From Aulosira sp. ZfuVER01 (lineage in GTDB: Bacteria > Cyanobacteriota > Cyanobacteriia > Cyanobacteriales > Nostocaceae), in NCBI GenBank assembly GCA_034530615.2, contig JAVRCV020000008.1, positions 32,001 through 96,000 on the forward strand: DNA of 64,000 bases, read 5' to 3'. The notes under the pieces were generated by a model. That model was given only the letters and a program-made list of their open reading frames with translations. It was not told where the DNA came from and ran no database searches. The position numbers and the translations under genes are program-made. Below are positions 61,088-64,000 of the stretch, one piece after another (the first letter of the stretch is position 1; every line of letters begins with the position of its first letter).

Positions 61088-62107
61088 CTAGCGGAACATA
61101 CTACTTACTGAACTGTCCTCGTGAATCCGCCAGATGGTTTCTCCGAGTAGGTTAGCCACTGTCAGCACTACCAGTTGCGGAAAGCGATCGCTCTCTGGGA
61201 TGGGAATTGTATTAGTGACAATCACTTCCTCAAACAAGCCACTAGACAACCGATCGACTGCTGGCGGAGAGAAAACTGCATGAGTTGCACAGGCATATAC
61301 CTGACGCGCTCCTTCTTCACGCAGCAATCTTGCTCCTGCGGCAATTGTGCCTCCAGTGTCGATCATATCGTCCACTAAGACAGCCGTTTTGCCCCTGACA
61401 TCACCAATTACATTCAACACTTCAGCGACGTTGTGAGCTTGGCGACGTTTATCAATAATCGCTAGGGGAGCATCGTTCAGTTTTTTCGCAAAGGCTCTGG
61501 CTCTTGCTACACCACCGACATCAGGAGAAACAACTACCAAATCCGACAGCTGTTTACTTGCCAGATAATCTAGTAAAACTGGCGAACCATAAACATGGTC
61601 AAAAGGTATGTCGAAATATCCCTGAATCTGGGCTGAGTGCAAATCCATTGCCAGAACTCGGTTGGCACCTGCTTGAGTGATCAGGTTGGCAACCAACTTA
61701 GCAGTGATTGATTCTCGTCCTGCTGTTTTCCGGTCAGCGCGGGCATAACCATAGTAAGGAATTACCGCCGTTACCTGGCGTGCAGAAGCACGACGACAGG
61801 CGTCAATCATAATCAGCAATTCCATCAAATGGTCGTTGACGGGTTGACAAGAAGGCTGGATTAGATAAACATCACAACCCCGAATCGATTCTTGGATTTG
61901 AATATAGAGTTCGCCGTCCGCAAACCTTTTACGGATCATGGGACCTAAGTCCATCCCCAGGTAACGAGCGACTTCTTGAGACAGTTGTACATTGGCAGAG
62001 CCAGAAAACAGCCGCAGGCGATGATTTTCATTCAGTCCTGTTGCAGCTGGCTGCAATTTGGACAAAGTTGCAGAACTGAGCACAGCAGATCCTCGATGTG
62101 CATTCAT
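61088..62107 (-). CDS. prs: Ribose-phosphate pyrophosphokinase
   Basis: FADGE, PYYGYARADRK, DLHSAQIQGYFD, SPDVGG, VDDMIDTGGT. Confidence 0.97.
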   Translation of the reverse strand: MNAHRGSAVLSSATLSKLQPAATGLNENHRLRLFSGSANVQLSQEVARYLGMDLGPMIRKRFADGELYIQIQESIRGCDVYLIQPSCQPVNDHLMELLIMIDACRRASARQVTAVIPYYGYARADRKTAGRESITAKLVANLITQAGANRVLAMDLHSAQIQGYFDIPFDHVYGSPVLLDYLASKQLSDLVVVSPDVGGVARARAFAKKLNDAPLAIIDKRRQAHNVAEVLNVIGDVRGKTAVLVDDMIDTGGTIAAGARLLREEGARQVYACATHAVFSPPAVDRLSSGLFEEVIVTNTIPIPESDRFPQLVVLTVANLLGETIWRIHEDSSVSSMFR

Positions 62108-63013
62108 GGCAATCTTAACATCAGCAATTTAGCAAATTTAACCGGAATAGTGTAAAAAAATATCTGTAAAAGTTAAAACATTTCTCCTGAAAATTATGAT
62201 TTGCTAATTTTTGAGTAGGTTTAGTAAACAAACCACTGATAGCTTAACTGAACAACAAGCTTATTAACTAGGCCTATTGTTCGGATTTTTTGCTGTATGG
62301 AAGAAAAACACCAGTTTTCCGAAGTTGATTTAGGAGATTGCTGCTTTTACGCACCTACTTTGATCGCTAAGAATAAACTTTTTACAGTTTTAGCAAAATT
62401 AGTCCGAGATATTATATAGTCGAACGCTGATAAATAAACATCTAAGAAGCAGCCAAATATTTTATGATACAACCTGCAAATTTATAATTAGTAGATTGGG
62501 TTATTTTGTGACAAATTACACAACATAATCAAATAACATCTAAGTTTCCCAACTGTCATACAATTCATTTCTGGTAAAGTTTAGTTCCTAAAATAGGGCT
62601 AGTAGTACTACGGCTAAAATATGCTTTATCTGTATAAAAAAGCAGCATAAATCTAGGCTTTTGACGTATTTTGATCTGACTAGTTATTTATACTGCCGTG
62701 CAATAGTATTATTGATTGCTTTGCAATAGTCACGCGGCAGCCATCTTAGCTTATTTTTTCAAGGTGCATCACACTTAAGTACTGATAACAGAGTGTAGCA
62801 ATAAATTCGAGCTTGTCTTAATTAAACTGACTTCGCACCCACTAAAGCAGAATGTCAGCCTTACCTGTGAAAATGTATAAAGCAGAGTGCGGTTGCCATA
62901 AGTACCCATAAGGTAGGGTAGAATATCGCCGCAAGTAAATGTTGTCGCTGCTTAGACTTAATCTTGGGGGAGGACTTCCTTCTCAGTTGCCATAACACTT
63001 AAATTATTCGATT

Positions 63014-64000
63014 ATGCAACCACCTATTACAGTTGGCACTGTCTTACAAAACCGTTACCGTATTGTTCAGATTCTCGGACAAGGAGGATTTGGCAGAACC
63101 TATCTGGCGGAAGACCAAAGGCGTTTTGATGAACTTTGTGCCATCAAAGAATTAATTCCTACCACAATTGGAACTTCTGTTTGGGAGAAGACACAAGAAC
63201 TTTTCCACCGAGAAGCAGCAATTTTGTATCAAATTGAGCATCCACAAGTGCCGAAATTTCGGGAAAGATTTGAACAAGATCAGCGCTTGTTTTTGGTAGA
63301 AGACTATGTTGCTGGGAAGACTTACCGGACTATACTAGCGGAACGCCAAGCTGTTAATCAAACATTGACAGAACCAGAAGTATTACAGCTAATGCTTTCC
63401 TTATTGCCTGTATTAGAGCATATTCACAGTCGCGGAATTATTCACAGAGATATCTCACCAGAAAATATTATTTTACGAGATAGTGATACAAAACCAGTAT
63501 TAATTGACTTTGGGGTAGTTAAAGAATTAGCAACTAGAATACAAGCTCCAAATAGCACAGCACCAGTCACCACCGTGGGAAAATTAGGTTATTCTCCCAG
63601 CGAACAAATGCAAACAGGGCAAGCTTACCCTAATAGCGATCTGTATGCATTAGCAGTCACAGCAATAGTTTTACTGACTGGTAGAGAACCCTCAGAGTTA
63701 TTTAATGACAGTCAACTAACTTGGAATTGGCAACAATGGGCGAGAGTTAATCCACGATTTGCCCAAGTTATTAATCGGATGTTGAATTATCGACCAAGCG
63801 ATCGCTATCAAAATGCGGCTGAGGTCATTCAAGCATTACAAGCTATCAATCAATCCAATGTCCCTGACCCTATTGTTTCTAATATACAGACAATAGCTGT
63901 TGGTGGTGGTCGTCAACCAAACCCAGTACCATCACCTTCGCCTTCGCCTAATAGACCTGCACCTGTTATTCCACCCAGCAATAATAGCTCTGTCTTAGAT
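63014..64000 (+). CDS. Ser/Thr protein kinase, 3'-truncated by window edge (absent from the ORF track)
   Basis: ATG 63014: MQPPITVGTVLQNRYRIVQILGQGGFGRTYLAED...AIKE...HRDISPEN...DFG...DLYAL. Confidence 0.93.
   Translation, partial: MQPPITVGTVLQNRYRIVQILGQGGFGRTYLAEDQRRFDELCAIKELIPTTIGTSVWEKTQELFHREAAILYQIEHPQVPKFRERFEQDQRLFLVEDYVAGKTYRTILAERQAVNQTLTEPEVLQLMLSLLPVLEHIHSRGIIHRDISPENIILRDSDTKPVLIDFGVVKELATRIQAPNSTAPVTTVGKLGYSPSEQMQTGQAYPNSDLYALAVTAIVLLTGREPSELFNDSQLTWNWQQWARVNPRFAQVINRMLNYRPSDRYQNAAEVIQALQAINQSNVPDPIVSNIQTIAVGGGRQPNPVPSPSPSPNRPAPVIPPSNNSSVLD

Overview
Chromosomal segment of a filamentous heterocyst-forming cyanobacterium (Nostoc-like), judged from frequent HIP1 octamers (GCGATCGC), STRR heptamer tracts, sasA, and PEP-CTERM and SLH proteins. 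It holds about 55 CDSs, one stand-alone tRNA-Ala(UGC), two probable pseudogenes and many miniature inverted-repeat elements. I found no rRNA, CRISPR array or intact transposase. Housekeeping genes include era, trhO, sasA, typA, rbsK and prs. The main highlight is an hrm-type hexuronate locus (hrmK/gntK <> hrmR, ndh, hrmI/uxaC, hrmU, hrmA) with a perfect 16-bp LacI-type operator. Its HrmA protein keeps the catalytic motifs of LarA-family nickel-pincer racemases/epimerases, which suggests a UxuA-independent route glucuronate > fructuronate > mannonate > gluconate > 6-phosphogluconate. Other highlights: an NB-ARC/NLR-like protein with 18 near-identical 93/96-bp repeats varying mainly in one short patch; a desaturase + LbH acyltransferase + GH3 operon; an orphan two-gene cassette (nuclease-like + acidic partner) behind the tRNA; a tandem array of secreted Ala-rich paralogues; and a HIP1-containing 42-bp tandem array. 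All product calls come from motif recognition by eye; no database searches were run.
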